Assembly (NCBI GenBank): GCA_039630085.1
Contig: JBCNVM010000009.1
Coordinates: 1 to 57,620 of the forward strand
Source: Candidatus Caldarchaeales archaeon
Lineage (GTDB): Archaea > Thermoproteota > Nitrososphaeria_A > Caldarchaeales > Calditenuaceae
Length of the DNA: 57,620 bases
Direction of reading: 5' to 3'
This document shows positions 56,416 through 57,620 of this stretch, piece by piece (within the stretch, counting starts at the first letter, position 1; each line of letters starts with the position of its first letter). The notes under the pieces are model-generated. The model did not search any database and was not told the DNA's origin. It saw only the letters and a program-made list of their open reading frames with translations. Position numbers and translations under genes: made by a program.

Positions 56416-57620
56416 TCAGCGCTGCAGGTACTCCTTCAGCTCCTCGTAGGCTTTCTTGACCTCCTCTACGGTTGCCTCGTCCTCGAGCGTCGTCACGTCG
56501 CCAAGGGGAGCGCCCATTACGACCGCCCTCAGCAACCTCCTCATGATCTTCCCGCTCCTGGTCTTCGGCAGCCCCCTCACGAAGAGGACGTCCTTCGGGG
56601 CGACGACGGGCCCGTACCTCTCCCTGATCCAATTGAGGAGCTCGCTCTTGACCTGCTCGGATGGCGTGTACCCGACCTTGAGGGTGACGAAGGCCAGCGG
56701 GACCTCGCCCTTCACGGGATCCGGAATCCCCACAACCGCGGCCTCCGCGACGGCGGGGTTGGAGACCAGCGCCGACTCGAGCTCGAAGGTCCCTATCCTG
56801 TGACCTGCGACCTTGAGGACCTCGTCGGCCCTTCCCGCGACCCAGATGTACCCGTCCTGGTCCTTGATCGCGTAGTCGCCCGTGTAGTAGATCCCTGAGA
56901 ACTTGCTCCAGTAGACCCTGTTGTAGCCCTCGGGGTCGCCCCACATCCCGGTCGGAGGTCCCAGCATGCCCGGCCACGGCCTCTTGACCACCAGCAGACC
57001 CTTCGCGCCCGGAGGCAGCGGGTTGCCCTGCTCGTCGACGACATCGACCTCGATCCCCGGTAGGGGCGGGCCGTTGGTCCCGGGCTTCAGGGGCACCAGC
57101 ATCAGTCCGGGTAGGTGGCTGATCAGTATGCCGCCCGTCTCGGTCTGCCACCATGTGCTCCCCACGGGGCACCTCTTACCCCCGACGACCTCGAAGAGCC
57201 ACCTCCACGCGGAGGGGTTGATCGGCTCGCCAACGCTGTGAATCAGCCTCAGCGAAGAGAGGTCGTGCTTCCTGACCGGCTCCTCCCCGAACCTCATCAG
57301 CATCCGGACCGCGGTGGGCGTCGTGTAGAGCACGGTGGCTCCGTATCGCTCGACGATGCTCCACCACCTGTCCGGGCCCGGGAAGTCGGGCGCGCCCTCG
57401 TACATCACGATCGACGCTCCCTCCATGATCGGCCCGAAGGCGATGTAGCTGTGCCCCGTAACCCAACCTATGTCTGCGGTGCAGAAGTAGACGTCCTCGT
57501 CCCTGATGTCGAAGACCCACTTCATCGTCGCGTGGAGGATGACCGAGTAACCGTGGTGGTCGTGCATGATCCCCTTAGGCTTGCCGATGGTGCCGGAGGT
57601 GTAGAGGACGTAGAGGGGCT
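56416..57620 (-). CDS. acs: acetyl-CoA synthetase (AMP-forming), 5'-truncated by window edge
   Basis: YTSGT.GKPKG at edge, CTADIGWVTGHSY, VGEPINP, WWQTETG, TGD, GRAD, LPKTRSGKIMRR. Confidence 0.95.
   Translation of the reverse strand, partial: PLYVLYTSGTIGKPKGIMHDHHGYSVILHATMKWVFDIRDEDVYFCTADIGWVTGHSYIAFGPIMEGASIVMYEGAPDFPGPDRWWSIVERYGATVLYTTPTAVRMLMRFGEEPVRKHDLSSLRLIHSVGEPINPSAWRWLFEVVGGKRCPVGSTWWQTETGGILISHLPGLMLVPLKPGTNGPPLPGIEVDVVDEQGNPLPPGAKGLLVVKRPWPGMLGPPTGMWGDPEGYNRVYWSKFSGIYYTGDYAIKDQDGYIWVAGRADEVLKVAGHRIGTFELESALVSNPAVAEAAVVGIPDPVKGEVPLAFVTLKVGYTPSEQVKSELLNWIRERYGPVVAPKDVLFVRGLPKTRSGKIMRRLLRAVVMGAPLGDVTTLEDEATVEEVKKAYEELKEYLQR

Noticed and set aside
1-57620. CRISPR array, cas genes, transposases, rRNA, known defence systems
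   Set aside because: No regularly spaced repeats or recognisable proteins; coding density leaves no room.

Overview
GC-rich, gene-dense archaeal chromosome segment. The gene content (RadA, Rpo7/Spt4/Rpo11, eS/eL ribosomal proteins, aIF2-alpha, Nop10, PriL, Csl4, 20S proteasome alpha, Cdc48) is archaeal. A chorismate mutase-aminotransferase fusion and heavy AGG/CTC/GAG codon use suggest a thermophilic TACK lineage, possibly Caldarchaeales/Aigarchaeota (inference only). About 67 CDS and one intron-less tRNA-Val(TAC) are supported. No CRISPR array, integrase, transposase, rRNA or intein was seen. Most of the window is housekeeping. The best candidate for an undescribed system is a 7-gene cluster at 29872-35464 directly after rpl5. 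It encodes three paralogous YdjG-like Zn-ribbon proteins (two with C-terminal membrane anchors, one soluble), a helical-bundle protein, an SPFH/Band-7 (YdjI-like) protein with triple double-Zn-ribbon tail, a small 4-TM protein and a PH-like protein. This resembles a Psp/Ydj membrane-stress scaffold lacking PspA. Other points of note: a Zn-ribbon/CdvA-like coiled-coil protein, an EMC6-like membrane protein, a probable CUG start for rps4e and a possible ACG start for a MrfA/Hrq1-like helicase with a degenerate exonuclease-like tail, a MaoC pair inserted antisense inside the ribosomal-protein cluster, broken or inverted conserved operons, and candidate operator sites. Functional names come from recognised motifs, not database searches. 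Several starts were moved from the ORF track using TATA/SD position.
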